This document shows, piece by piece, positions 1 to 13,880 of a stretch of DNA of 64,000 nt. Source of the stretch: Eledone cirrhosa (taxonomy: Eukaryota); the NCBI GenBank assembly GCA_964016885.1, contig OZ024745.1, positions 93,930,001-93,994,000 on the forward strand, in the 5' to 3' direction. The translations under genes and the position numbers were made by a program. Position 1 is the stretch's first letter. Each line of letters begins with the position of its first letter. The notes below the pieces were generated by a model, which saw nothing but the letters and a program-made list of their open reading frames with translations, had not been told where the DNA came from and made no database searches.

Positions 1-240
1 TGGAACTATTGTTGACAGACTGGAGCACAGATATACAAATATCATGTAGTCATTTATCTTACTGATTAAGGTATGTGTGCATTCTGAGTATTAGGTTTGT
101 ATTTCTAACGTATGGTAGCGTGGAAGGACAGATGTAAAACGGTGATGGTGATGATGATGATGAAACCTTATTGAGTAAGTGAGTGATGACTGGAGCTGTA
201 CTGATTCTCTTTGACTAGCTTCATAAACCATTATATATAT

Positions 241-585
241 CATCATCATCATCATCATTTCATTTTACGTCGCTTTTTCCCTGCTTGCAAGGGTGGGACG
301 GAAATTGATTCTGGCTTGATTTCTACAGCTGGATGCCCTTCCTAACACCAACCTCATTTACAGTGAGTGCTGGGTGCTTTTTTTGCCATGGCACCTCCAC
401 GACCACTTTACAGTGGAATGATAGGGACCCCAGTCCTTATCATCTCATTTCTACAGCTGAGTAAACTGGAGCAATGTGAAATAAAGTGACTTACTCAAGG
501 AAACAACACATCACCCGGTCTGGGAATTGAACTCACAACCTTTCGATTGCAAGGCCAATGCTCTAACCACTAAGCCATGTGCCTC
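241..585 (-). mobile_element. Composite SINE, same family as 25977-26362
   Basis: Reverse complement is colinear with 25977-26362. Confidence 0.88.
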
Positions 586-825
586 CATAAATAAATATAT
601 TGTTACACTTTGGGAGGGTCATGCTGCCAATAAAAACACATGCACCTGTTGGTTTTCACTTCAATTTATTATAAATTTCCAGTTGGTTGGTTCGATAACC
701 GGATGGTTGTTTATATATTGTCAAAGCTCTGTCATCACACATTCTGTGACCTCCTTTGTTCTGTCATACACCATCTTGTTTTTGTGTGTTGTGTGCTGTC
801 TGCTTGGTTTGCACATGTGTTACAG

Positions 826-847
826 GGAGAGAGACAGACAGATAGAC

Positions 848-892
<45 letters not shown>

Positions 893-907
893 AGAGAGAG
901 AGAGAGA
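826..907. repeat. (GA)n microsatellite
   Basis: Directly visible. Confidence 0.95.
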
Positions 908-2373
908 GGGGGGGACAGAGATATAGAAGTAACTGAAAAATACACTATTTTTTAAGTAGTAAAGTAGGTGGGGGGGGGGGGGCGCTTAACTACAAAACAT
1001 TTTTTCTTCCTTTCTGTATACATGCTTTTAACTAATAAAAACAACTTAGAAATGGTACTGTGACTTTGAAAACGACAGACAGAAAGACAGACAGACACAC
1101 TGATAGATTTGGTAGACATTATTATATAGATTATTTTTACAAGTTTAAATTCCTTTAAATAAAATTTAACTGCTATTGTATTGTTGATTTTATTTATTTT
1201 CAATTTCTGAATATTTTCAAATTTTGTTCCATTTTTATTTTCTATTTCCATCAGTGGATCAACATTGTCATCATCATCACCACCATCACCACCACCATCA
1301 TCACCATCATCATCATCGTCGTTGTTTTTTACATCCGCTTTGTTATTCCTGTAACCTTTTCTATGTTATCATTGAAAAAAAAGTGATGCCCTTTATTCAG
1401 GTCTTTTCATCAATGTTCATGTTTGGGATATCTAACATTAAACTTGAGTGCTTTTTCAATTTATTTCCCATTTTCAGCACTATTTATAAACACAATACAA
1501 TATCACTTAAACACAGTGTGATATCACTTAAATGTTATATAGTATTTATAGCATAGAATAGCCTTTAAATTCAATACAATTTATTGTCATTGTATATAAC
1601 TACAAGGAAACCCAAAATTGCTGCCCAAATTTCACAAAACAAAATAAAAACAAAAATATACAAATAATCATTAACTCTTAACAACCTGTCTACTGGAACC
1701 ATGAAGCAGACCGACTCTTAACTTTCATTTAGAGTGATGGCATGTGGAATAAATTTACTTAACCCTTTCATTTCTAATGACATACACTCTATTTTAGTTA
1801 ATTAATTTATATCTTCAGCTACCATGAGATACTATCTCCTCCTCCTTCTTCCTGGGAGCATTGTTGGGCAGAGTTCGCAAACACTTCTTCCAACAGGTCT
1901 TGTCAGAAGCAACTATCTGCAATTGTTGAATCCCAAAACGGGACCAGCTGAGCTCATGGCTTGGCATCTACCCCTGAGTCTCATGCCAGTTGGTTTTGTT
2001 CATAAAATCTGTCCAGCAATTCTTTCCTGAGACATGTCTTGTCTGTCTGAATTACACTGTGAGAAGTATCATAGAAAACTACTCTCAGTATCTCTTTTCT
2101 CCAAGTGCAACTAAAACTGTTCACAGATGGTTGAATGTGCAACATGGCATGGAACAATCTGAGAAGAGAAGGTTGACAGAAAAAATTGACTTGGTAGAAC
2201 GATGGTCTATGACAATCCTTTGCAACGTGAAAATAAAAAAGAAGAGGTATTCATTGGTTTGCTATGAAATGAAATAGAGACTAATGTTTTACAATGTGTG
2301 TTTGGAAAACCAAAATGAAACTTTACATAATCTGAAAAAATAAAATAAAGACAAGAGCATTTGAAATAATAAA

Positions 2374-2829
2374 GGAAGAGGCTATGTAGCCAGTCCTGGT
2401 AAAATAGACTCCCAGGCTATTTAGTCGGTAAGAGTATCAGACACCAGAAGTTGTGGCCCAAGTTAAGACAATTGTTAAGACAATTTAAAATCTTTTCCAC
2501 CATCAGTTGTTAAAAAACAAGTTAAAATCATTTAGTCATCATCTTATTATAAATCTGCTTGTGTTTTGTCCATTCGTAATGTACGTTACGCTTTAGTTAC
2601 ATACACACACATCTACTGAGTTCCATGGCTTAAGAATTTTAGCAGAAAGTCATGACCTGGGTTAAAGATAGTAGTCACTACCTGGGTTCTAAAACACTAT
2701 TTATTATTTAGTGGTAAAATAAACTTCTGGGACTCTGGCTACAATTGTGTCCCTTTAGGGTTTACTCGTAAAATAAAGTTAAAAAGCTTGTTTGTCTATT
2801 TTTATGGGACCGGCTACATAGCTTATTCC
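2374..2829. mobile_element. Non-autonomous DNA transposon with about 36-bp imperfect TIRs, MULE-like
   Basis: GGAAGAGGCTATGTAGCCAGTCC…AAAATAGAC versus GTCTATTTT…GGACCGGCTACATAGCTTATTCC; flanks AATAATAAA/AAAAATAAA (8/9, possible 9-bp TSD). Confidence 0.65.
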
Positions 2830-3208
2830 AAAAATAAATAGGAATATAAACATTTGAAAAAACAAAATGGAGACACATGAACATTTGAAAAAACAATATT
2901 AAACAATAAAAAAAAAACAACTGAGTCTTTCCAAGCTTTGATGAATGATCCCAACTTGAAAGTCAATCTTTATTTTAGTTCAAACACATAAACATACATG
3001 TCTAAATATTATATAACTAATATTATTTAAGGTAGTTATTATTGTTCTTGTTGCTTTGTGGCATATAGTTACGTCCTTTTATATTCTGAGTTCAAATCCT
3101 GCCAAAGTTAGCTTTGCTTTTCATCCTTATAGGATCGTTAAAATAAAGTACCAGTAATGCATTGAGGTCAATTTAATCGACTTTCCTCTCTCCTCAAATT
3201 GTTGGCCT

Positions 3209-4774
3209 TGTGCCTAAATCAGAAACTATTATTATGTGGTTGTTAAGGATAGTAGATTGGCAGTATGAGTAGATTTGTGCCTTAATCAGAAACTATTATT
3301 ATGTGGTTGTTAAGGATAGTAGATTGGCAGTATCAGTAGAATTGTGCCTTAATCAGAAACTATTATTATGTGGTTGTTAAGGATAGTAGATTGGCAGTAT
3401 CAGTAGAATTGTGCCTTAATCAGAAACTATTATTATGTGGTTGTTAAGGATAGTAGATTGGCAGTATGAGTAGATTTGTGCCTTAATCAGAAACTATTAT
3501 TATGTGGTTGTTAAGGATAGTAGATTGGCAGTATGAGTAGATTTGTGCCTTAATCAGAAACTATTATTATGTGGTTGTTAAGGATAGTAGATTGGCAGTA
3601 TGAGTAGAATTGTGCCTTAATCAGAAACTATTATTATGTGGTTGTTAAGGATAGTAGATTGGCAGTATGAGTAGATTTGTGCCTTAATCAGAAACTATTA
3701 TTATGTGGTTGTTAAGGATAGTAGATTGGCAGTATGAGTAGATTTGTGCCTTAATCAGAAACTATTATTATGTGGTTGTTAAGGATAGTAGATTGGCAGT
3801 ATGAGTAGATTTGTGCCTTAATCAGAAACTATTATTATGTGGTTGTTAAGGATAGTAGATTGGCAGTATGAGTAGATTTGTGCCTTAATCAGAAACTATT
3901 ATTATGTGGTTGTTAAGGATAGTAGATTGGCAGTATGAGTAGATTTGTGCCTTAATCAGAAACTATTATTATGTGGTTGTTAAGGATAGTAGATTGGCAG
4001 TATGAGTAGATTTGTGCCTTAATCAGAAACTATTATTATGTGGTTGTTAAGGATAGTAGATTGGCAGTATGAGTAGATTTGTGCCTTAATCAGAAACTAT
4101 TATTATGTGGTTGTTAAGGATAGTAGATTGGCAGTATGAGTAGATTTGTGCCTTAATCAGAAACTATTATTATGTGGTTGTTAAGGATAGTAGATTGGCA
4201 GTATGAGTAGATTTGTGCCTTAATCAGAAACTATTATTATGTGGTTGTTAAGGATAGTAGATTGGCAGTATGAGTAGATTTGTGCCTTAATCAGAAACTA
4301 TTATTATGTGGTTGTTAAGGATAGTAGATTGGCAGTATGAGTAGATTTGTGCCTTAATCAGAAACTATTATTATGTGGTTGTTAAGGATAGTAGATTGGC
4401 AGTATGAGTAGATTTGTGCCTTAATCAGAAACTATTATTATGTGGTTGTTAAGGATAGTAGATTGGCAGTATGAGTAGATTTGTGCCTTAATCAGAAACT
4501 ATTATTATGTGGTTGTTAAGGATAGTAGATTGGCAGTATGAGTAGAATTGTGCCTTAATCAGAAACTATTATTATGTGGTTGTTAAGGATAGTAGATTGG
4601 CAGTATGAGTAGATTTGTGCCTTAATCAGAAACTATTATTATGTAGTTGTTAAGGATAGTAGATTGGCAGTATCAGTAGAATTGTGCCTTAATCAGAAAC
4701 TATTATTATGTGGTTGTTAAGGATAGTAGATTGGCAGTATGAGTAGATTTGTGCCTTAATCAGAAACTATTATT
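3209..4774. repeat. 67-bp tandem satellite, about 23 near-identical copies
   Basis: TGTTAAGGAT recurs at 3241, 3308, 3375…; unit TTGTGCCTTAATCAGAAACTATTATTATGTGGTTGTTAAGGATAGTAGATTGGCAGTATGAGTAGAT. Confidence 0.97.
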
Positions 4775-7581
4775 GTTCCTGTTGCTGATCCCCAGGCCGG
4801 TCTTGACATGTATCTTTCCATGGCACTTATTTACAGCTTTGTTGATTAAGCCAACAAGAATGATCCATTATCAACAGGGCCAGCTGTTACTTGACAAACT
4901 ATTTTTATAACAGTATGTGAGTTTAAAAACATTGATTTTCCCCTGATCAATATTTCATATATATAAACTTTTAAATTGCAGTGAATATATCATTTGTTAC
5001 ATGAGAAAATTACACACTACATTTTATCTATTCACTCAATTAATAGTATTCTTTAAAGCTAGTTATAATAATGTTTAATTAGAAAGGTAAAATAAAGTTG
5101 AAGATTGTTTAACTTACCCAACATGAAGCTTGACTACAAAGAAAGAGTAGATATAATCACTTGATTAAGTCTATATGAGTCAGAAACGAGATTACGTTAA
5201 TGAAAAGACTCATTCTCATTGCTTTTAATTAGCCCCCAGAAACCTATCATTAATACCCTCAATTGCTTTGTCTGGGATTAAGCTGTATTTTCTCTTTATT
5301 CTGCTGTTCTTCAAAGCATTTAAAATCACTATTTAAATCTTCATAATACAATATCAATTGATCTTATTTTATTTTTGTTATATTTAGCTTCTTATTTGAA
5401 GCCATATACATTAAACATTCTCAGCAATGTACACTAATCAATCTCTACTGAATTTTGTGACTCTGTTCATGTTTTCATTCCAACAAAAAGCTATGGGTAT
5501 TCAAGATAGCAAAAGAACTTTTATGTGATAAGTCAATCTATTCTACCTTTTTGTATTTTGAGTTCTAATGTTGCTGAGATTAACTTTTCCTTTCATCCTT
5601 CTGGGATTATAAATAAAGTACCAGTCTAGAGCAAAGATCTGATGGAACTGTTACAGTGTTAGATAGAATATACCTTATGGTATTTGTTCCAGCTTTTGTG
5701 TTCTGGGTTTAAAACCTGCTGTAGTCTACTTTTTGGTAGACTGTAGTAGTTGCCTGGTTTAACACCTTAGGTGCTTCTAGCAAACATTTAGGTCAGATCT
5801 CCAGTTTCAGAATATGTTATTTCTTCCTTTTCTCTGGAGGACCTTGAAAAGGGCCATAGGCACTAACCTGCTGACTAGTGTTAAAAAGAAATTGTTTAAA
5901 AGTATAGCATAATTTCTACAAACATCCTACTATATTTAAACAGAAATTACTGAGACCAGTATAGAAATTTCTGTCAGCAACTGATCAAATATCCGTGAAC
6001 AATTATTCCCTATTGTCTTTAAAGCTTAAACTGTATATTTTTGGTTCTAATTCTTTGGACGTGTTCTTCAATAAAGACATGAGGGCCAAGGCTAGAACAA
6101 TCAAATCAATACCAGAGCTGACTGGGAATATCGAAAACAACAAACAAGGTTTTGTTACACCTACAGGAGCTTCAACAGCCTCATATGAGGTGGCATCTCA
6201 TAGGAAGTATCTTAGTTTTTTTTTAATGAAAGAGGCCCTAGCCCTATCATGTTACCATTTTTTCTGGTGATTGGAGGTGACATTTGAACTTAGATTGAGC
6301 AGAGCCAGAACAGACATCACAAAACATTCTGTCCAATGCTTTAACAATACTACCACTATACAGCCTTGGATGGCACTTTATTTATCAACCTGAAAAGAAT
6401 GACAGGCGAAGTTAATCTTGGTAGGATTTAAACTCAGAGTGCAGAGAACCAGAATAATCTGAAGTTGTGTGAATTTGTTACATTAATAGATCTTGTTGAG
6501 TTTTAAATTGGAATTGCAGTTTTAAACTGGAATTGTACAGTAGGAATTGAGAGAGAAATGAACAAGATATTTCAGAAAAAGAAAAGTAGAAGAGGAAGTA
6601 AGCCAAAACCTTAGCTGTGTGAAAATGAAACAAATTTGAGAAATATATCCCAAAGAATTGCCAAAAGTGACTGAATTTCCCTCTTCTAAAAAATTAACAA
6701 ACTCTTAATAATCTAGCATCATCTGATGCATTGTAAGTTTTAAGAAAAATAATTTTCAATGAATAATACTCAATACGTGGTTTAGTGGTTAGAGAGTTGC
6801 ATTCACAATTGTGAGGCTGCAAGTTCAATTCTTGGACCAGGTGATGCATTGTGTCCTTCAGCAAGACACTTTATTTCATGCTGCTCTTTCTGCCAGGAGT
6901 TGCAACCGGTAGATAGTATCAGCTATGGAAAGACCAATGGAAATATTGTTTCCTTGGTCCGATTTGATGAGGTCCATCCCACTCAGCAAGCAAATGAGGT
7001 CTGGGATCTAGTCAATCGATCAGAGCGAATAACCAATAAAAAGATTTGTTTAAAATATAGTCTATTTTTGTTGGGGAGAAGGATATTATTGACAAAACCA
7101 ATTCGCTATATGCTGGGTACTCTCAATTCCAAGGTCAGGGTGCTCTTCATGGATTGAATGGGGGTTTTTTTGCTCCCTATTCTGAGATAAATCTAACAAT
7201 AAAATATACCCCAGCCAGAGTAAATACCCACTTACCCATGATATTGTCTTGGGATAATGGAAAGAGGCCTGATGGTCTTACCCTTTGTCTTTGTGTTAAA
7301 AGTAGATATCACTATTAGTGATTCTGTCACTCTATCATGCATCCTAAATGATGAGGTAAAGTTATGTACTTATGTAGCTGAGCAGAACAAGATTCTGTAA
7401 TTTCATGATTTGCTAGTGGATTCAACTAGTAGCACCTGAGATCTTCAAAGGAGTTGGGTCACTAACAACAAAGTTTTTGTCATTGTTAACATCTCGCCTT
7501 ACCAAAGTATCACATTACAGGTGATACTCATGAGGATGCTTGACTGTTCCAATAATCCCCTGAGTATTTTGTGTTACTTAA

Positions 7582-7942
7582 CCCTTTAGCATTTACATTA
7601 CTCTATATTTACTACTGTATTTTTGTAGTAAAAGCTTTATCTTACATAATTACCTCACTTAATATTGAATCTATGAGATATTGATATTATTTAGTTACGT
7701 CCCTTTATGATCTGAGTTCAAATCCCGCCGAGGTTAACTTTGCCTTTCATCCATACGGGGGTCGATAAAATAAAGTACCAGTAATGTACTGGGTATTTGC
7801 TGGCCTTGTGCCAAAAGTAGAAACAATTATTTATTTTGAGAACAATGCCTTAATATAAGTATGAGCTGGCAGTTATGGCTGGTTTAAACAGAGAGAGGTG
7901 AGATAATTCTGGCTGGATACGGCTGTTTTAAATGCTAAAGAG
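7582..7942. mobile_element. piggyBac-type MITE with a nested SINE (about 7693-7830)
   Basis: TTAA flanks; the MITE interior is split at GATATTAT|TTATTTTGAGAAC by SINE sequence. Confidence 0.85.
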
Positions 7943-8610
7943 TTAAAAGATTTTTAGAGAGAAGTGCTTGTGTTCCTTGTTGAAGTATAGGGAGAGTGTT
8001 TGTCATTTTGACTAATTATTTTCTTGTTTTTCAAATATATTCTGTAAAAAATATATTTTTACAAATTGTTAAACATTTAATGATAAATAAAGTTGAATTT
8101 GGCACAATTTTATTAAGTTAATTCCCATGGAATTTGAAATATTGAGAGACAACTAAAAAGTGAAAAACATTTTGTCTGTAGCTGTACCATTTTTGTCCCT
8201 TCACTATTTAATTAATAGCAATAATTGTTTCTACTATTGGCACAAGGCCAGCAATTACCCAGGACATTACTGGTACTTTATTTTATCGACCCCGTAAGGA
8301 TGAAAGGCAAAGTTAACCTCGACGGGATTTGAACTCAGAATGGCAAGGGCCGTAACTCTATGCGTCAAAGCATGGCGTCCGACCCTCTATTGATACTGCC
8401 ATAGCAATAATGTATGCTTACTTGGCACAAAGCCACAAATTGCTTGGACAGTGGTATATTTAACTGAATCAATCTCAGCAATCTCGCAAAGCCATTAAAG
8501 CACCAGGTTAAATGCTTAGTAGTATGTTCTGGTTCTCTACATTCTGAGTTCAACCCTGCCAAGGTCAACTTTGCTTTTCAGCCTGTTTTTATTTTTGTTT
8601 TGTTTTGTGT

Positions 8611-8829
8611 AGGCGTGTGGCTGAGTGATTAGAGAATTGGATTCGCAATCGTAAGGTTGTGAGTTCGATTCCTGGACCAGGCGATGCGTTATGTCCCTGA
8701 GCAAGACACTTTATTTCACGTTGCTCCTTCTACCTGGAGTTGCGACCGATAGATAGTATTAGCAATTGGAAAGACCAACGGAAACATTGTTCCCTCGGTC
8801 CGATTTGACGAAAGTCGATCGTTCGTTCC
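8611..8829 (+). mobile_element. tRNA-derived CORE-like SINE; relatives at 6775-7030, 32355-32545 (-), 50552-50768
   Basis: Near-identical to 50552-50768. Confidence 0.9.
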
Positions 8830-10299
8830 TTTGTTTGATAAATCTAGGCAGGTGTTTTAGCAGAATGTTGTTACACTCCTGAGCAATCTGAGTTCAATTC
8901 TTGATATCAGAAAAAAAAAGAAGAAAGAAACTCTGACAAACTTTGAAAAGTCCTTAAGCAAGTCCCCAAGCATTTTAGGTGGTCATTCTTAACGCCAGCA
9001 TACCAACTGGCAGGAATGAATGAATGCAAGAGAACATTCTTGTTCTGTGCACTCTCTTCTCTTTCATCTCCTTATATGACTGAAACTTATTTTGCCATAC
9101 TATAGCAAGGCACAACGAGATAGTGGATTTAAGGAACTGATCAAAATACATGCTTAATAGACACAACGGGATGGATGTCCACATCAGTGCCATTTCAACT
9201 CCAACATAACTAAATACTCAACAGCAATTATACATCGTTATGTAACTTAATAATTATAATAATCCGTACACTTATTTGCAACCAGGGTCCATTCATATCA
9301 AACAAAAGGATTTATATTTGGAACATCGTCTGCGTAAGTTTAACCAGGTTTGATCTAGGGTTAAACAACAACAACATCAATTTCTATCTTAAATAGAAAG
9401 TTTAACAGCAGCTTCGATGTTAACATTTCAAAAATAAACCATTGGACCATTGAGTGGATTGAAAAACAAGTATATTTGAAGTTTAGGAAAACAAACGTGT
9501 ACAAATTCGACACCAAATGAGGTAAACATTTTCAACTTTTCCCTTTTTTCGCATGAGTGTATGCTTTGTCTGAGACAACTTCAAAATATTCTTCAAGGGA
9601 CTGGATTTTACCATTCCGTTGGATCACTTAACTCCTAGAGACATTTGAACGGATTTTACCATTTACAATCTAAGGAGAGAAATAACAGATCTTCGGAGGG
9701 AAAAAAAAATTTTTTTAAAGGATTGGTTGTGGCAACAACGCAGTGAACCAACCTGGAGCAATTGTATCACACAATTATACATTCCTCCTTAACGTACACT
9801 TACAATTTTTCAAAAACAACCCCTCCCCCCCAAATATAAAATAAAAATAAATAATTATAAATGGCGAGGAACCACCACTAGCTTCACAAGAAGAGATTAC
9901 ACATGGCACCATCCCATCTCCCTCTTGAAATAACCTGAATCTATTTATAGTCAGGTGTGACTGAAAGGTCAATCCATACTTCCATTCCATTCTATTTCAC
10001 AGAATTTGAAGCTTTGACCACTTAATAGAATTCAGGACCAGTAATGTAATCACTCTGTAATTGTAAACATCTTATATCACTACCATTCAGGTTTTGATTT
10101 TACTGAAGTCTTGCCCATTAAAAAATTTTTTTTTACACAAACTCACAATTTCGGTTTTTACTGCGGATTTACCCATGCGAAATATTACGCAAACTCACAG
10201 CTTTAGATTTTGTATTTCTAGTGTTTTTATTTTCCTTCTCTTTGTATGTTCAGTGCTCTTTCTCTCCCACTGTATTTACCTGCCTCTCACATGACCGCA

Positions 10300-13200
10300 C
10301 TCCTCTCCACGCACTCATAATCTTCTCATCCCTTCTCCACTTTCTATCCCTCCCCTTGCTCACCCCTTACTTCGTCCTCGCGCACAACCCACCTAGGTAT
10401 TCGTTCAACCCGTCAGTGGTCCGATGTTTCGACCGAACTATCACCGACGATTGCTGATTGCTAAAGTTGCCACCACTTTAACCTAGTCCACCCTAGGTGG
10501 CGATGGCATGCGTTGAACGACCAAGAGACCTGCTTGGTGGAATGACTATGTGACAACAGGTCAGCCTTCGACCTCTCATTCTCCACCAACTGCGGCACGC
10601 ACGAGAGGAGCTAACTTTCCTCCACCTACCTCCTCCTCCTCTTCACGGCAGATTCCGAACAAATCGAACCCGGCCAACCACACCATCCCTACAACTGTTA
10701 GCTGACCACCCAACCTCCGCCCTACTCCCACCGTTAGAACCACTGCTGTCTCCTTTACTGACTCACTCCCTCCACCGAATTCCAACGCTGGCCCTCTACT
10801 GCCAGCCCACCACCTGATTGCGCTCTCTGTACCCGCACTAGCCGGTACTTAAAGACAATTAAATGTCACCTATGCCACGCAAGCTACCACAGAAGCTGTG
10901 TCGGCATCACCAAATCTCAAGCCGAAAGGCTTCATCACTGGACCTGTAATCGGTGCCACTTCAGCTCCGACGTATTCCGTGGGGATGCCCCACGCTTTGA
11001 TGACCAACTCTCTACCGACGACTTTGCCACAGCCCTCCAGGGCTTCTCCAAATCAAAGCTCGTTAACTGGATCCCCAAGGGAGCTCGGAATAGCTTTGCA
11101 CGTGCCCTCGCTAATTTAGTGAAAAACGTTTGCTTGTCCAACAATAGGTCTGACTGGCAGAAATTGTTTTTGTTTCCCCTCATCTCTCTTCACGTGTACA
11201 ATGCGAACTCGGGTTCCCTCACTTCCTCTCTCAAGCGGCAGTTCCAGCTGTTTGAGTCCACCCCAACCACGTCTCATCTCAGTTCGACATCGAACTCGGT
11301 GTCCACCAACAGACAACCAGTAGACCTCAAGCGAGCGGTCAATGCCAAATTCAGCGAATTTGACATTAAAGGGGCTGTCCGTCTCCCCTCTTCTCTGTCT
11401 TCTCTTGCTCTGTGCAACTCTGATTCTCTTGAGCGTCTGAGAGAGAAGCACCCATCGGCACCTCCAGATGATCAGCTACACTGACCCGAACCACCAGAAT
11501 ACTTGAGACCGGTTTACACCACCAATATCATCAGAAAGACAATTTCATCCTCCCCCGCTGGGTCAGGCGCGGGAATTGACGGCCTTCGTCCTCAACACCT
11601 CAAGGATGGTATCTCCTTATCGGCCGGTGACGCCGGACTCGAGCTTTTGGAGAGTCTGACTCAGTTTGTGAATCAGTTCTCTTCAGTGAACGTTCTCACC
11701 CGTTCATCCGCCCACTGTTCTTCGGTGCGAAGCTATTTGGTCTCACCAAGCCCAACAGAGACCTGCGCCCCATTGCGGTTGGCTGCACTCTTCGCCGCCT
11801 CACTGCAAAGGCGTGTTTGCTGTTGGTCTCCGACTCACTGGCGGAGGAATTTTCCCCCATCCAGCTGGGGGTGGGTACCAGGTTGGGTTGTGAGGCTGCT
11901 GTCCACGCTGCCAGAGCATTTACCAACTTGCCCTCATCGTCTCCCCAAGGTCATCCTCAAACTTGACCTCAGGAATGCCTTCAACTCCGTCAGCTGCGAC
12001 ATCATCCTCGGCTCAGTAAGAGAGAGGGTCCCACAACTCTACCACTTTGCTTGGCAGGCTTATCGGGAGCCCTCCTACCTCTCTTTTGACGACCAGATCA
12101 TCACCTCTGCCTCGGGGGTCCAACAGGGTGACCCACTCGGGCCCGCACTGTTTGCACTGGGCATTGATGACGTCACCAAGATGGGGGTTGAGTTGGACCT
12201 CAATGTCTGGTACCTCAACGACGCCTGTTTGGGGTAACTCCATATATGGTTCTCGCCACTGCCAACAGGATGGTGGAGGAGCTCGGCCGCCGGGGTCTCC
12301 AGATCAATAGCTCCAAATGTGAGCTCTGGATCCTCAACCACCCGGCTTCTCAACACCAACAGCTGATCGACCTGTTCGCAGAGTCCTTCCCTTCCATCGT
12401 GGGCCTTCCCTCGTTGGCTTGGTGCTCCTTAGGAGCCCCAATCACAGACCTGGCCTTCGAGTCAACTTTCCAATCGAAGATGGTTGGCCTTGAGCAGCTG
12501 CTGAGGAATATCAAAGTTATCGAACCCCATCAAGGTTTCTTCATACTCAGGAACTACCTGTCTATTCCTAAGCTTCTGTATCTGTTCAAGATCAGCTCCT
12601 CTGACAGATTTCCGTCCTGCCTCCAACGCTTCGACCGACGACCTAATCTTCAAGAGACTCGAGTGTCTGGTCAATGTTAGACACTCTCTGGTGTCCCGTG
12701 ATCAGGCTGCGTTACCCAAGCGATTTGGGGGTCTTGGTCTTTGTAAGTGTTCGTCCCTCTCTCCCCTGCTTCCTTTCCTCCACCCACGCTTGCTCCACCC
12801 TGGTGAGCAGCATCCTCTCCTCTCCAACATGGACTAGTTCCAACAGGGAGTTGGGTGAAGCTCTCCAGCAATGGAGTGAGTTGGGCTTGTCTCTTCCTGA
12901 GAAGGTGGAGGACAGAGAGCTTGGGACAGCATAAGTTTGAAGGCCACCTTCGACTCCCTCTTCGTCCAGTCAGATCAGTTTGCAAGGTGCCGCTTACTAT
13001 CTGCCAGCGCCAAATACTCAGGCGACTGGGTCGATGCCCTACCCGTGGCCAACGTTGGTGGCCTACTCAGCCTGGATGAACTTCGTGTCTCCATCCCCCT
13101 CAGAGTGGGAGCTGACGTCTGCATGGGTTTGAGGTGCCGATGCGGCAAACTCCTCGACTCCACAGGCCTCCACGGTCTTTCTTGCCGCCTGAATGCCAGC

Positions 13201-13880
13201 CACTTCGCGTGTCACATGGAGCTGAACCTCATTCTGAAGAGAGCTTTGGCCCGGGCGAATATCCCCTCAGTCTTGGAACCATCTGGGTTGTCCAGAAGTG
13301 ACGACAAAAGACCTGATGGTCTTACCCTGTGCCCCTGGTCGAGAGGCAGGTGCCTTGTCTGGGACGTCACTGTTAGTGACTCTTTTGCTCTTTCCCATAT
13401 CCTGGATGCCGCTTCTGCAGCCGAGCGGAGTAAGACCCTCAAATACTCTGATCTGTCGGCCAGCTACATTTTTCAGCCTGTGGCTTTCGAGACGTTTGGG
13501 GGAGTCGGGCCGCTGACTGCGAGCTTCCTTTCCTTACTGGCGGCTCGCCTAATAGAGGTGACTGGCGAATCTCGCGAGGGTGCTTGGCTGTTTCAGCGCA
13601 TCAGCCTCGCCATCACCCGAGGCAACGCTGCGAGTGTGCTGGCTTGCCTCAAAAATCATTAGAGAGGTTGCCCAGTACTCGCGACGTTGCTGTCTTTTGC
13701 TCTGGTCTTGGCTCCGTTGTTCACCTCTTCCTTTACATTTTCTTTAATATTGTAGCATTAAAGGAATATATCTTTCATTGTATCATCCTTTGTAGTGTTA
13801 CCGAGGCATTTGTAATGTTATTTATGTATATATTTAAAACATATTTGTTATGTTATTCTACTGTAAATTTATTTATATGA
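10300..13880 (+). mobile_element. Decayed CRE-clade non-LTR retrotransposon (PHD finger - RT - CCHC - restriction-like endonuclease)
   Basis: WIPKGAR; GSGAGIDGLRPQHLKD; KLDLRNAFNSV; GVQQGDPLGPALF; WYLND (YLDD with D>N); CRC…HGLSC; KRPDG, WDVTV, KxxKY, PVAFETFG. Stop at 11482 and several frameshifts. 5' boundary approximate. Confidence 0.9.

Noticed and set aside
527-1556. RE-repeat and poly-His ORFs
   Set aside because: Produced by (GA)n and (CAY)n microsatellites and a SINE.
3209-4774. CRISPR-like array
   Set aside because: No unique spacers; pure tandem repeat in a eukaryotic context with no cas genes.
8611-8690. tRNA gene
   Set aside because: The A/B boxes continue into a multi-copy SINE body; it is a SINE head.
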